A stretch of 64,000 nt of DNA from an uncultured Chitinophagaceae bacterium (GCA_963783125.1 CAWAMQ010000009.1:5474-69473), one strand, 5' to 3'. Counted from the first letter of the stretch, positions 40,710-51,243 are shown. Numbers and translations are program-made. Notes: generated by a model not told the origin, from the letters alone.

Positions 40710-42086
40710 ATGAATAAAAGAAAAAGTGTACTTCTCGTTTTTTTTGTCTTGACGATTGTAGCGATTTTTCACCTCATCGATATTTATAATTTCAATAGCC
40801 TGTCGCCACTATTTTTAAGAATATTAAGATGGCTGTTTATCGCCACCTTAGTTATATATGGCTTTTACAAAAAAAGTCTCACCACGTGGATCCTTGTGAG
40901 TATGGTGATCGGCGTAGAAGTGGGTTTGGATTTTCCTGCATTTGCAAAAGAACTTCGGGTGTTAAGCCAGATCTTTTTGCGGATGGTAAAAACGATCATA
41001 GCGCCCATTCTTTTTTCCACACTCGTGGTAGGTATTGCCGGCCATTCAGATTTAAAACAGGTAGGAAGAATGGGGTGGAAGTCTTTGGTGTATTTTGAAG
41101 TAGTTACCACCATCGCTTTATTTATAGGGCTTTTAGCCATCAATATTTCGCAGGCTGGTGTGGGAATACATATCCCGCCGGGCTTTCATGAAGAACTACC
41201 TGCAACCGTTCCTCAAACGTGGCAGGATATCGTGCTGCACATCTTCCCCGAGAACTTTGTGAAATCCATTTATAATGGCGATGTGCTGCCTATTGTTGTG
41301 TTCAGCGTCATCTTCGGGATAGGTCTTGCATTGGTAAAAGAAGAAAAACGTAAACCCATGCTGATGTTTTCTGAAAGTCTTGCTGAAACCATGTTTAAAT
41401 TCACCAACATCATCATGTATTTTGCGCCGATCGGCGTGGGAGCAGCCATCGCGTTTACGGTGGGTCACCTGGGCCTTGATATTTTGTATTCGTTGCTGAA
41501 GCTGTTGCTCACGCTCTATGCTTCCCTTTTGGTTTTTGTAGGGCTGGTATTTTTTTCAATCGCCTGGTTTTTAAAAATTCCTATTCGCCCCTTTATTAAG
41601 GCGGTGTCTGAGCCTGTGGCCATCGCCTTTGCCACAACCAGTTCAGAATCCGCGTTGCCTATTGCGATGGAAAATATGGAGAAGTTTGGTGTACCAAGAA
41701 AAATCGTTTCGTTCGTGTTGCCAACCGGTTATACTTTTAACCTTGATGGCACCACCTTGTACCTTTCACTGGCAAGTGTGTTTGTTGCTCAGGCTGCGGG
41801 AATACATATGTCGATAGGGGCACAATTGATAATGGGTTTTACATTAATGCTCACCAGCAAAGGCGTTGCCGGCGTACCACGCGCATCATTAGTAATTTTG
41901 CTGGGCACGGTCTCTTCTTTTGGTTTGCCTGTATGGCCGGTTCTTGCTGTTTTAGGAATAGACGAACTCATGGATATGGCACGCACTTCAGTAAATGTTA
42001 TAGGGAACACGCTGGCCAGTTGCGTGATAGCAAAATGGGAAGGCGAGTTTGACCAGGAAAAAGCATTGGCTTTTGAACCCGATTAG
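40710..42086 (+). CDS. Dicarboxylate/amino acid:cation symporter (GltP/DctA family)
   Basis: FATTSSESALP, LPTGYTFNLDGT, TSKGVAGVPR, MDMARTSVNVIGN. Confidence 0.95.
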   Translation: MNKRKSVLLVFFVLTIVAIFHLIDIYNFNSLSPLFLRILRWLFIATLVIYGFYKKSLTTWILVSMVIGVEVGLDFPAFAKELRVLSQIFLRMVKTIIAPILFSTLVVGIAGHSDLKQVGRMGWKSLVYFEVVTTIALFIGLLAINISQAGVGIHIPPGFHEELPATVPQTWQDIVLHIFPENFVKSIYNGDVLPIVVFSVIFGIGLALVKEEKRKPMLMFSESLAETMFKFTNIIMYFAPIGVGAAIAFTVGHLGLDILYSLLKLLLTLYASLLVFVGLVFFSIAWFLKIPIRPFIKAVSEPVAIAFATTSSESALPIAMENMEKFGVPRKIVSFVLPTGYTFNLDGTTLYLSLASVFVAQAAGIHMSIGAQLIMGFTLMLTSKGVAGVPRASLVILLGTVSSFGLPVWPVLAVLGIDELMDMARTSVNVIGNTLASCVIAKWEGEFDQEKALAFEPD

Positions 42087-42165
42087 TAATTTCCATTCCT
42101 GTTAAGAATTTTTGTTGTTTCTTTATCGGGTAAATTTATTAAGTGCCCTGTAAATTTTATTTGAA

Positions 42166-42855
42166 GTGAGTTTGATAGAAATTTTAGGAATCAATATTAA
42201 AGATCTTTTAAATCCGCAGTTCTACATTGATAACGGCGGATTGTGGATGATACTTTTTATCGTTTTCGCCGAAACCGGTTTGTTTGCCGGCTTTTTTTTA
42301 CCGGGCGATGCCCTGCTTTTTGTGACAGGGATTTACAGCGAACAGGTGGTGGAGGCGGCTTTATTTAACGCTCACAGCCAATGGGCGAACCTTGGAATTT
42401 TGTGGGTGTCAATCACGCTCGCCGGTGTGCTCGGTAATTTTGTGGGCTATTGGTTTGGTGTCAAAAGCGGGCCGTTTCTCTTTGAAAAAAAAGACACCTT
42501 TTTCTTCCGGAAAAAACACCTGGTACAGGCACACGAATTTTACGAAAAGAATGGCGCAGGCGCAATCATCCTTGGCAGGTTTATCCCTTTCGTGCGCACT
42601 TTTGCCCCCATTGTAGCCGGTATTGTAAAAATGGACAAACATAAATTTGCTGTATACAATATAGTGGGAAGTATGTTGTGGGTCGGCAGTATGTTGGTGG
42701 CCGGTCACTTCCTGCAAACGTTGATCATGAATGAATTTAATTTTGATTTAAAAGAGCATCTGGAGGTAATTGTTTTGGGAATAATCGTGGTAACAACATT
42801 CCCGGTATTGTGGAAAATATTTACGGGAAATAAAAAGATGCCGCCGGTGGACTAA
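42166..42855 (+). CDS. DedA/VTT family membrane protein
   Basis: FAETGLFAGFFLPGD, GRFIPFVRTFAPIVAG; GTG start. Confidence 0.93.
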   Translation: MSLIEILGINIKDLLNPQFYIDNGGLWMILFIVFAETGLFAGFFLPGDALLFVTGIYSEQVVEAALFNAHSQWANLGILWVSITLAGVLGNFVGYWFGVKSGPFLFEKKDTFFFRKKHLVQAHEFYEKNGAGAIILGRFIPFVRTFAPIVAGIVKMDKHKFAVYNIVGSMLWVGSMLVAGHFLQTLIMNEFNFDLKEHLEVIVLGIIVVTTFPVLWKIFTGNKKMPPVD

Positions 42856-42945
42856 AATAAAAAACAGGATTATTTGTTCGTTTACTGTCTCTTATTTAAC
42901 GACTCCTTTTTAATTGTTTTGCAAATCTTTGCCAAAAAAAAATCA

Positions 42946-43998
42946 TTGGGATTTACAACTTTCTATAATAAAATATTTCGCCGCGCGGTTAAGGAAAATA
43001 AAACCGGCAAGTTTCTTATTATTCGTTTTTCTTCCATCGGTGATATAGTACTAACAACACCGGTTATACGAAATTTAAGAAAGAAATATCCGGAAGCCAA
43101 GATTCATTACCTCACCAAAAAAAAGTTTGCAACCATTGTTGAACACAATCCTTACCTGGATAAAGTGCTTTTGCTCGATGACGATTTAAATACTACCATC
43201 ACAGCAATTAAAAGTGAAGGATATGATCACATCATTGATCTTCATCACAACCTGCGCACCATGCGGATAAAAAGTGCTTTGCCGGGTGTTCCGTTTCATT
43301 CATTCAACAAACTGAATGTCGAAAAATGGATCTACACCAATTTTAAAATAAATGTATTACCACAAACACATATTGTTGACAGGTATATGGCAACGGTAGA
43401 AAAGTTAGGCGTAACCAATGACGGCTTTGGCCTTGATTATTTTATTCCTGAAGAGGATAAGGTAAAAGAAGGTGATATTCCTTTTTCACATACGCACGGA
43501 TATGTGGCTATTGCAATCGGGGCAGCACACAACACAAAAAAATTACCGTTGGAAAAGTTGCAGCAGCTGGTTCAAAAAATTAATTTCCCGGTTGTTCTAT
43601 TGGGAGGGAAGGACGATTTTTTGAACGGTGAAAAAATAGCGGAACAGGATAATATAAAAGTTTACAACGCATGCGGCAAATTTTCACTAAATGAGTCCGC
43701 AGATATTGTGCGCAATTCAAACCTGGTGATCAGTCATGATACAGGCCTGATGCATATTGCCGCGGCATTCAAAAAAAATACACTTTCTGTGTGGGGGAAT
43801 ACTGTTCCGTCTTTCGGCATGTTTCCTTATCAAACCACATTCGAATCTTTCCAGGTTAAAAATTTATGGTGCCGTCCTTGTTCCAAAACAGGTTTTGCAA
43901 AATGCCCGTTCGGTCATTTCAGGTGTATGCAAAAACAATCCATCGATGCCATAGCCGCCAGTGCTGAAGCAGGTTTCAGGAGTTTAGAGAAATTGTAA
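42946..43998 (+). CDS. GT9 glycosyltransferase (ADP-heptose:LPS heptosyltransferase-like)
   Basis: LIIRFSSIGDIVLT, IDLH, SHDTGLMHIAAA, CRPC; start uncertain, TTG 42946 preferred. Confidence 0.9.
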   Translation: MGFTTFYNKIFRRAVKENKTGKFLIIRFSSIGDIVLTTPVIRNLRKKYPEAKIHYLTKKKFATIVEHNPYLDKVLLLDDDLNTTITAIKSEGYDHIIDLHHNLRTMRIKSALPGVPFHSFNKLNVEKWIYTNFKINVLPQTHIVDRYMATVEKLGVTNDGFGLDYFIPEEDKVKEGDIPFSHTHGYVAIAIGAAHNTKKLPLEKLQQLVQKINFPVVLLGGKDDFLNGEKIAEQDNIKVYNACGKFSLNESADIVRNSNLVISHDTGLMHIAAAFKKNTLSVWGNTVPSFGMFPYQTTFESFQVKNLWCRPCSKTGFAKCPFGHFRCMQKQSIDAIAASAEAGFRSLEKL

Positions 43999-44154
43999 TT
44001 TTTTTCCATCCTGTAGTAAACAAATAAATAACCCGGATTTTCGTTTTCCTTTTGATTTATTCAAACCATTAATTGATGTTAAAATAAAGATGTTTAACCA
44101 ATCCTTAATATTTAAAAAATGAAATTCGCAATTGTATAAACCAGGCACCCTGAA

Positions 44155-44775
44155 ATGAATCCAAAAAAAATTTTATTGCTTATTATCGTTTCACTATTTT
44201 TTTCTTTTAAAATATCAGCCCAAAGAATAAGGGTACATGTTTTTACGGAGGATTATAAATCTACACCCGGAAGTGATACGATTTATTATAATTTCAACAG
44301 GCCACTACGCTGGGCCGACTTTGGAGGTAGCGTGCCCACTGGTGTTCCATGGGGCGCCATGACTGCTTCAGGATTTTCTTTTAATTCATCAATGAATGCC
44401 GCGGGAAATGTTATTGATATCAATGTAGGCGTGTATACTTTTTTCACCAGGCACGATTCATGGAAAAAACCGGAAGCCAATACTCCTTATCACCTTGAAC
44501 ATGAACAACATCATTTTGATATAACAAGGCTGGGTGCTGCCAAACTGGAGAATGAAATCCGGAAAGCCCATTTTACAACAACAAATTACCGGGTATTATT
44601 GAATTCAATTTTTGATAAAGTGTATGCTGAAGAAATTTCATGGCAAAAGCAATACGACCTTGAAACGCGCAACAGCATGGACACCGCAAAACAACTGGCC
44701 TGGAATAAAAAGATCTCAGAAGCGATCAGCAAAATAAAGAATGGAAATGATGGAGCTGTTTCATTGATAAAATGA
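44155..44775 (+). CDS. Secreted DUF922-like putative Zn-metalloprotein
   Basis: Signal peptide; LRWADF, HLEHEQHHFDI and YDLET motifs. Confidence 0.7.
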   Translation: MNPKKILLLIIVSLFFSFKISAQRIRVHVFTEDYKSTPGSDTIYYNFNRPLRWADFGGSVPTGVPWGAMTASGFSFNSSMNAAGNVIDINVGVYTFFTRHDSWKKPEANTPYHLEHEQHHFDITRLGAAKLENEIRKAHFTTTNYRVLLNSIFDKVYAEEISWQKQYDLETRNSMDTAKQLAWNKKISEAISKIKNGNDGAVSLIK

Positions 44776-44882
44776 CGTCATCATTTTATATTAAAATACT
44801 TTTCTTTTTTTTAATTTTCAGGTAACTTCATCTTTCCAAAAATCACGCAGTCTGATTACTTACAGGTAATACAATTAATCGC

Positions 44883-45272
44883 ATGCAAAAAAGAACACGT
44901 TTTTCATCAGGTGCCGCGTGGGAAAATATCGTGGGTTATTCGCGGGCTGTAAAAACAGGCGACGTTATAGAAATTTCAGGCACTACGGCCGTAGATGGCG
45001 ATAGAGTGATCGGCCATGATGTGTATGAACAGGCTGTATATATTTTCAGGAAGATTGAAAAGACACTCAAAGAAGCAGGTAGTTGTATGGAGGATGTGGT
45101 GAGAACAAGAATGTTTGTAACCAACATTCAGCAATGGCAGGAAGTGGGGAAGGCGCACGCGCTGTTTTTCAAAAACATTAAACCGGCCACAACGATGGTA
45201 GAAGTAAGCAATCTTATCGATAAAAGACTTTTAGTTGAAATAGAAGCTACAGCGATAATTGCAGGAAAGTAA
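44883..45272 (+). CDS. RidA/YjgF-family protein
   Basis: WENIVGYSRAV, ISGTT, DVVRTRMFV, PATTMVEV, LVEIEATA. Confidence 0.93.
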   Translation: MQKRTRFSSGAAWENIVGYSRAVKTGDVIEISGTTAVDGDRVIGHDVYEQAVYIFRKIEKTLKEAGSCMEDVVRTRMFVTNIQQWQEVGKAHALFFKNIKPATTMVEVSNLIDKRLLVEIEATAIIAGK

Positions 45273-45408
45273 TTTGCATAAAATTCAATTATTCAATTCA
45301 TGATTTTTATTTTTTCAAAAAAGTGCTTCTTTACCGTGCGGTTAATGGATTGTGTGTAAAATTTACACGGTGCTTTGGCAATACAATTAAATTCTTGTTT
45401 TTTACGTT

Positions 45409-45416
45409 TATATTTG
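45409..45416 (+). promoter_or_regulatory. -7 promoter box for the phosphorylase
   Basis: TATATTTG 27 nt upstream of ATG 45444. Confidence 0.55.
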
Positions 45417-45443
45417 CGCCCTCAATAAATACTATTGACAATC

Positions 45444-47096
45444 ATGAGTTTTGAAAATTATGTAATCCCCTATGAAATAAACGAACGTTATAAAAAGAAA
45501 GTTGCTTATTTCTCGATGGAATTTGCCATTGACCAGCCATTGAAAATTTATAGTGGCGGTCTTGGGTTTCTTTCCGGATCACACCTGAGAAGCGCTTACG
45601 ATTTACATCAGAACTTGATCGGTATCGGGATTTTGTGGAAGGAAGGTTACTACGACCAGCAAAGAAATATCGACCAGACATTAAAAGTAGTTTGGATCGA
45701 AAAAATTTATAACTTTTTGGAAGAAACAGGCATCAGGTTTCAAATAGATATACATGATCATCCGGTTTGGGTAAAGGTGTTATATCTTAATCCCAAAACT
45801 TTTAATACTGCCCCGTTGTTCCTGTTAAGCACGGATGTTCCTGAAAATGATTATGTGTCGCAAACCATCACGCATCGTTTGTATGATGGAAATGCAGCTA
45901 CCAAAATTGCCCAGTTTATTTTGCTCGGAGTGGGAGGGGCGAAACTGCTCGACCTGATGAATTACAATCCTGACCTGTATCATTTGAATGAAGCCCATGC
46001 GGTTAGTTCAGCGTTTTATTTATACAGGAAATTCGGGAATCTTGAAGATGTAAAAAAGCGCCTGGTATTTACTACTCATACTCCTGAAGAAGCAGGCAAC
46101 GAAAAGCATGATATTTATTTGTGCGAAAAGATGAGCTATTTCTGCGGAATGCCTCTTGACGAGGTGCGCCAGCTTACGGGAATGACAGACGATCTTTTCA
46201 ATCATTCATTGGCAGCTTTGCGTTTTGCCCATCTTGCCAACGGTGTGTCGCAATTACATGGAGAAGTGAGTCGCCAGATGTGGTACAAATATGATGGCAT
46301 CTGCGAAATAAAAGCAATTACCAACGCTCAAAACAAACGCTTTTGGGCAGACAAACAATTATATCGTGCCCGCGAAGAGCATAATGACGATTGGTTTGAT
46401 GACCGCAAACGACATTTGAAAAAAAGGGCTCTTGCGATCGTAGCCGATCAAACCGGAAAACTAATGGATCCCAAAGTGCTTACCATCGTTTGGGCCAGGA
46501 GGTTTGCTGGTTACAAAAGAGCAGAGCTTATTACCCGCGATCACGCTAGGTTCGAGGCTTTGCTGAACAATAAAAAATACCCGGTTCAAATCATTTGGGC
46601 AGGGAAGCCTTACCCGCTTGATTTTCCGGCCATCAATGATTTTAATCATTTGGTAAACCTCAGCAAGCGATATAAAAACGTAGCTGTTTGCACCGGTTAT
46701 GAAATTACTTTGAGTAAGCGTTTAAAACAGGCCGCCGATGTATGGCTAAATAATCCACGTGTGCCAAGAGAAGCCAGCGGCACCAGCGGGATGACAGCAG
46801 CGATGAACGGGGCGGTGAACCTGAGCACCAATGACGGATGGATTTGCGAATTTATTAATAACGGTAACAATGGTTTTGTGGTACCTCCCGCAGATTACAT
46901 GAACATGCATGTGGAAGAGCAGGATAATTATGATCTGGACAAGATTTACGAAATTTTAGAAAAAGAAATTCTTCCTATATATTATGATGATTTTGAAACC
47001 TGGAGGCAAATCGTGAAAAATGGTATGAGAGATGTTCAGTTTGCTTTTGACAGCGACAGGATGGTGGAAGAATATTACGAAATACTTTATAAATAA
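45444..47096 (+). CDS. glgP: Alpha-glucan phosphorylase family protein (short form; PLP Lys replaced by Thr)
   Basis: AYFSMEF, YSGGLGFLSG, HLNEAH, FTTHTP, WARRFAGYKR, WAGKPYP, EASGTSGMTAAMNG. Confidence 0.88.
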   Translation: MSFENYVIPYEINERYKKKVAYFSMEFAIDQPLKIYSGGLGFLSGSHLRSAYDLHQNLIGIGILWKEGYYDQQRNIDQTLKVVWIEKIYNFLEETGIRFQIDIHDHPVWVKVLYLNPKTFNTAPLFLLSTDVPENDYVSQTITHRLYDGNAATKIAQFILLGVGGAKLLDLMNYNPDLYHLNEAHAVSSAFYLYRKFGNLEDVKKRLVFTTHTPEEAGNEKHDIYLCEKMSYFCGMPLDEVRQLTGMTDDLFNHSLAALRFAHLANGVSQLHGEVSRQMWYKYDGICEIKAITNAQNKRFWADKQLYRAREEHNDDWFDDRKRHLKKRALAIVADQTGKLMDPKVLTIVWARRFAGYKRAELITRDHARFEALLNNKKYPVQIIWAGKPYPLDFPAINDFNHLVNLSKRYKNVAVCTGYEITLSKRLKQAADVWLNNPRVPREASGTSGMTAAMNGAVNLSTNDGWICEFINNGNNGFVVPPADYMNMHVEEQDNYDLDKIYEILEKEILPIYYDDFETWRQIVKNGMRDVQFAFDSDRMVEEYYEILYK

Positions 47097-47150
47097 CCCG
47101 GGTAATCCACATCAAATGATTTTTCGTACATATTGAAAACAAAATTCAAT

Positions 47151-47912
47151 ATGATGAAGATAAATCGCTCGTATCTCCCGATAATAAAAACGGTTATTTT
47201 TGGTGCATGTTTTATAATGATCATTTCATGCTCGAAGAAGCAGAATGGTTATTTTGCAGATAATTTACCAACGGATACCACCCTAAATAACAATGTTACG
47301 GATACCGGCGTATTAACATATTTGGCTCTTGGCGATTCCTACACGATCGGTGAATCAGTCAGCGTTTCAGAAAGATTTCCGCAACAGCTCGTCAGCCTTC
47401 TGAAGCAGAAAAATATCAATACCAGGGATCCGGATATAATTGCTGTTACCGGATGGACGACGGGAAACCTGTTGAACGCACTAAACAGCGATCCCCCCAA
47501 AAACAACTATTCGTTCGTTACATTATTGATAGGTGTAAACAACCAGTTCCAGGGCAGGCCAATAGATGAATACAAAATCCAGTTTTCGCAACTGCTTGAT
47601 AAGGCGATTGCTTATGCAGGCAATGATACCGGCCATGTTTTTGTGCTTTCTATCCCTGATTACAGCGTCACGCCATTTGCCGCCGGATACGACCGGCAAA
47701 AAATCGCCAAAGAAATTGATGAATTCAATAATGCCAATAAAATAATTTCAGGTAATGCCGGCGTTCGCTATGAAGATATTACCCCGATATCCCGCGAAGC
47801 GAAAAATGATCCCTCATTAATTGCGACCGACGGACTACATCCTTCCGGTAAACAATATTTAAAATGGGCTGAACTACTTGCTCCAGTTATTTCAGATCAG
47901 TTCGGGCAATAA
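47151..47912 (+). CDS. SGNH/GDSL hydrolase, lipoprotein
   Basis: LGDSYT, LLIGVNNQ, DGLHPS; lipobox IISC. Confidence 0.92.
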   Translation: MMKINRSYLPIIKTVIFGACFIMIISCSKKQNGYFADNLPTDTTLNNNVTDTGVLTYLALGDSYTIGESVSVSERFPQQLVSLLKQKNINTRDPDIIAVTGWTTGNLLNALNSDPPKNNYSFVTLLIGVNNQFQGRPIDEYKIQFSQLLDKAIAYAGNDTGHVFVLSIPDYSVTPFAAGYDRQKIAKEIDEFNNANKIISGNAGVRYEDITPISREAKNDPSLIATDGLHPSGKQYLKWAELLAPVISDQFGQ

Positions 47913-47932
47913 ATAATATGTGTTCGCACAAA

Positions 47933-47959
47933 AAAGACGGTTATAAAAACCGTCCTTTT
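47933..47959. terminator. Bidirectional terminator
   Basis: AAAGACGGTT-loop-AACCGTCCTTTT between convergent genes. Confidence 0.65.
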
Positions 47960-47978
47960 CATTTTATGTGATTTTTTT

Positions 47979-48731
47979 TTAACCTCTTCTGTCTCCAAAC
48001 ATGCGAAGTAAGAAAAGGAAAATATTTATAAAATCAAGATACAGGGTTAATGCACCAAGGATAGACATTTTTTTGGTATCATTCACCGAAACGCTTTGGC
48101 CGTTGTATTCCAGGCCTTCACCAATTCTTTTTAATTTTTGTACATCATATGCGGTTAAAGCAGTAAATACCATCACACCAATTATGCTGATGATGTAATC
48201 TAACTGGCTGCTGTTTAAAAAGAAATTAATTACCATCGCAATTACAACCCCAATTACACCCATCATTAAAATGCGGCCGAACTTGGTAAGATCCTGGTTG
48301 GTCGTATATCCCATAACTGCCATTACACCAAACATTGCCGATGCGGAAAGAAAACATCCTAACACAGAACCCGGCGTAAAAGCGAGAAGTATAAAGCTAA
48401 ATGTGATGCCGTTGATTACAGCATAGGCCATAAACAGACCCATCAGCGCGGTAGAAGAAAGTCTTTGAAAACCGAAAGACATGATGAGCACAAAAGCCAA
48501 AGGAGCGAACAGGGTAATTTTACCCAATCCTGTAAGACCCACAGGCGAAATAAGATAACTCATCAACTGGCTGTTTATAGAAAACTGCCACGCAATCAAC
48601 GCCGACACGCCAAGTGCAATAAACATCAGCAAAAATACATTCGCGAGAAATGAACGGGTCCGCGAAGCTTCGCCGGTAGGCACATAGGAGATGTTGGTAA
48701 TGTTGTTAGAATTCCTGTTAGTTAGTTCCAT
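47979..48731 (-). CDS. Bax inhibitor-1/YccA family membrane protein
   Basis: 7 TM; TAYDVQKLK, GALTLYLDFINIFLFLL. Confidence 0.94.
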   Translation of the reverse strand: MELTNRNSNNITNISYVPTGEASRTRSFLANVFLLMFIALGVSALIAWQFSINSQLMSYLISPVGLTGLGKITLFAPLAFVLIMSFGFQRLSSTALMGLFMAYAVINGITFSFILLAFTPGSVLGCFLSASAMFGVMAVMGYTTNQDLTKFGRILMMGVIGVVIAMVINFFLNSSQLDYIISIIGVMVFTALTAYDVQKLKRIGEGLEYNGQSVSVNDTKKMSILGALTLYLDFINIFLFLLRMFGDRRG

Positions 48732-48876
48732 AGTTTAAAAATTTGTCCGTAAAATTATTACTCTTTTAATGAAAAATAAAGGAAATGAAATAGAAATAAG
48801 AAATAATTATGAATAGATTAAGAGGATATTATATCGAACATTATAAGCAAAATAATTTTCGGTGAAATAAGTTTGT

Positions 48877-49932
48877 TTACTGTTTTGCAAATGTTACTGT
48901 GCAATCAAATTTATTATCTCCTTCGCCTAATTGCTGAGCGGCCGAATTGCTTATAACCGTTATCAGGCCATCGTTTTGGCTGATGTCAGGAATGGCGTCT
49001 AACACTTTGGCATAAACGCTTTTTCCATTTGATATATTAGTGATTTTAAGAATGGTGCCTGCCGCCGCATCATTGCTGAAGCAGTAATATTTTTGATCCT
49101 GCCAACCGCTTGTAGACTTAAACACTCCTGTGGTACCGGTTTTATCTGTTGTCGGTTTTCCGGAGGTTTGCCTTTCAAATAAATTTTTAAAATAACCGGT
49201 TGATAAGGCGCTGTTATTATTGCCGGTGCTGGTTACAGGTAAATTGTTGTTGCTACCAACTGTTGGCGATGCCGGTTCTGTTTCGGCAGCTGGAAGCGTT
49301 GAAACTTCCGCAGTTTCTTTGTTTTCGGGTTTTACTTCTGCAGCCTTGTTGTCATCTTTTCCTTTTATTTCGGATTGGTGTGTAACCGCTGGTTGTTGTG
49401 TTACGGCTGGTTGTGAAACCGGCACATTGGCCATTGGCTGTTCACTGGCCAGTGGTGATTGTTCTTTATCCACTTTTAAAAAACCGACAATCATGGGCTG
49501 GCCTACCGTTAGGGCGTCTGAGGCGAGATGATTCCATTTTTTTAAAGATGCCAGCGCCACTTTGTTATAGTTAACGCCCAGCCGGTAAAGGGTTTCACCG
49601 GAACTTACTATATGATAAACGGGAATAAGTGCTTCGTTCGGTGCTGCAATTTCCTGTTGTGTAAAATTGGTATTGCTTAACGGGATTTTTAGAACCTGGC
49701 CAATATTCAATCCACTCGCAAAATGGAGGTGATTAAAGGTTGCCAGTTCTTTCGGGCTTACATTAAACATCCTTCCTACACTGTAAAAATTCTCTTTAGG
49801 TGTTACTACATGTTCCACATAGATGGCCGAACCGGTACCTTTTATTTCAAGCTTATTTTGTTGTGCCCATAAAACATTACCTGTGATGAATGAAAAAACA
49901 ATAAGCATCAACCATTTAGACATACTGAGCAT
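48877..49932 (-). CDS. LysM peptidoglycan-binding protein with C-terminal RlpA/DPBB-like domain
   Basis: Two LysM domains (HVVTPKENFYSV; HIVSSGETLYRL), low-complexity linker, GTILKITNISNGKSVYAKVL. Confidence 0.85.
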   Translation of the reverse strand: MLSMSKWLMLIVFSFITGNVLWAQQNKLEIKGTGSAIYVEHVVTPKENFYSVGRMFNVSPKELATFNHLHFASGLNIGQVLKIPLSNTNFTQQEIAAPNEALIPVYHIVSSGETLYRLGVNYNKVALASLKKWNHLASDALTVGQPMIVGFLKVDKEQSPLASEQPMANVPVSQPAVTQQPAVTHQSEIKGKDDNKAAEVKPENKETAEVSTLPAAETEPASPTVGSNNNLPVTSTGNNNSALSTGYFKNLFERQTSGKPTTDKTGTTGVFKSTSGWQDQKYYCFSNDAAAGTILKITNISNGKSVYAKVLDAIPDISQNDGLITVISNSAAQQLGEGDNKFDCTVTFAKQ

Positions 49933-50077
49933 TATTTAGGTTCCAAAAATAAATCTTAACAAAGATGCGCAAAAGTATCTAATCCGGGAACAGATACCTG
50001 ATGTGTGAAGTTAAAATTTTTAGCCCATTTGTCCACTAAAATTTGTTGAAAATCAATAAGCTGCCAATCTAACAGGT

Positions 50078-51217
50078 TTATAAACGCTGTTGCCACAACT
50101 GGGTCATTTCATTTTTCCACGAAAGAAAAGTTCCAGCCGATATATGGTTGCGCGCCCGGGTAACCACATCAAGATAAAAGGCAAGGTTATGGATACTGGC
50201 AATTTGTAAGCCTAAAATTTCTTTTGATTTCATAAGATGACGTAAATAAGCTTTGCTGTAATAGTTGCTTACTTCGCATTCAATGCCATCGTCAATCGGT
50301 GAAAAATCTTTCTCCCACTTTTTATTATCTATATTGATAATGCCTTTACTCGTAAACAACATCGCGTTGCGTCCATTGCGCGTTGGCATTACACAATCAA
50401 ACATGTCAACTCCCATTGCAATGCATTCCAGTATATTCCACGGAGTGCCTACACCCATTAAATATCTCGGTTTATTTTCCGGGAGATTTTCACAGCACAG
50501 CGCACATATTTCGTACATTTTTTCTGTAGGTTCGCCAACACTCAGGCCACCGATCGCATTGCCGGTTGCTTCTTTTGAAGAAACATATTCGCACGACATT
50601 TTTCTCAGGTCATGATGAACGCCGCCCTGCACAATTGGAAATAAATTTTGCGTATAACCATACTTATCTTCCGTAGTATTAAATCTCTCCAAACACCTGT
50701 CCAGCCAGCGATTGGTGAGTTCCAAAGAAGTTTTTGCATATTGATATTCGCTTGCTCCCGGCGGGCATTCATCGAAAGCCATAATAATGTCGCCACCAAT
50801 AATCCTTTGAATGTCCATTACTTTTTCCGGTGAAAATAAATGCGTGCTACCATCGATGTGACTTTGAAAAACCGCGCCTTCTTCTGTTATTTTTCTTGTG
50901 CCGCTTAAAGAGAAAACCTGGTAGCCGCCGCTGTCTGTAAGGATAGGCCTGTTCCAATTCATAAATTGATGTAAACCTCCGGCTTCTTCCAAAACTTCCA
51001 AACCGGGCCGCAGGTATAAATGATAGGTATTTCCAAGGATTATCTGCGCATGTACATCATTCTTCAATTGTTGCTGGGTAACGGCTTTCACGCTGCCGAC
51101 AGTGCCTACCGGCATAAAGATCGGCGTCAGAATTTCGCCATGATCAGTGGTGATTTTTCCAGTCCTGGCTTTTGTTTGAGGATCTGTATCCTGAAGTTCA
51201 AATTGTAATGCGGCCAT
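50078..51217 (-). CDS. tgt: tRNA-guanine transglycosylase
   Basis: TPIFMPVGT, DSGGYQVFSL, FDECP, QGG, YLMGVG, DMFDCVMPTRNGR. Confidence 0.97.
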   Translation of the reverse strand: MAALQFELQDTDPQTKARTGKITTDHGEILTPIFMPVGTVGSVKAVTQQQLKNDVHAQIILGNTYHLYLRPGLEVLEEAGGLHQFMNWNRPILTDSGGYQVFSLSGTRKITEEGAVFQSHIDGSTHLFSPEKVMDIQRIIGGDIIMAFDECPPGASEYQYAKTSLELTNRWLDRCLERFNTTEDKYGYTQNLFPIVQGGVHHDLRKMSCEYVSSKEATGNAIGGLSVGEPTEKMYEICALCCENLPENKPRYLMGVGTPWNILECIAMGVDMFDCVMPTRNGRNAMLFTSKGIINIDNKKWEKDFSPIDDGIECEVSNYYSKAYLRHLMKSKEILGLQIASIHNLAFYLDVVTRARNHISAGTFLSWKNEMTQLWQQRL

Positions 51218-51243
51218 TAAAAAATCATATTTTTAAAAGGTGG

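Noticed and set aside
42874-42945. Upstream TTG start for the GT9 gene
   Set aside because: It overlaps the intergenic motif and a promoter-like box; TTG 42946 fits better. Similar over-extended starts were trimmed for the M28, MBL, FMO, sdaA, GH144 and SGNH genes.
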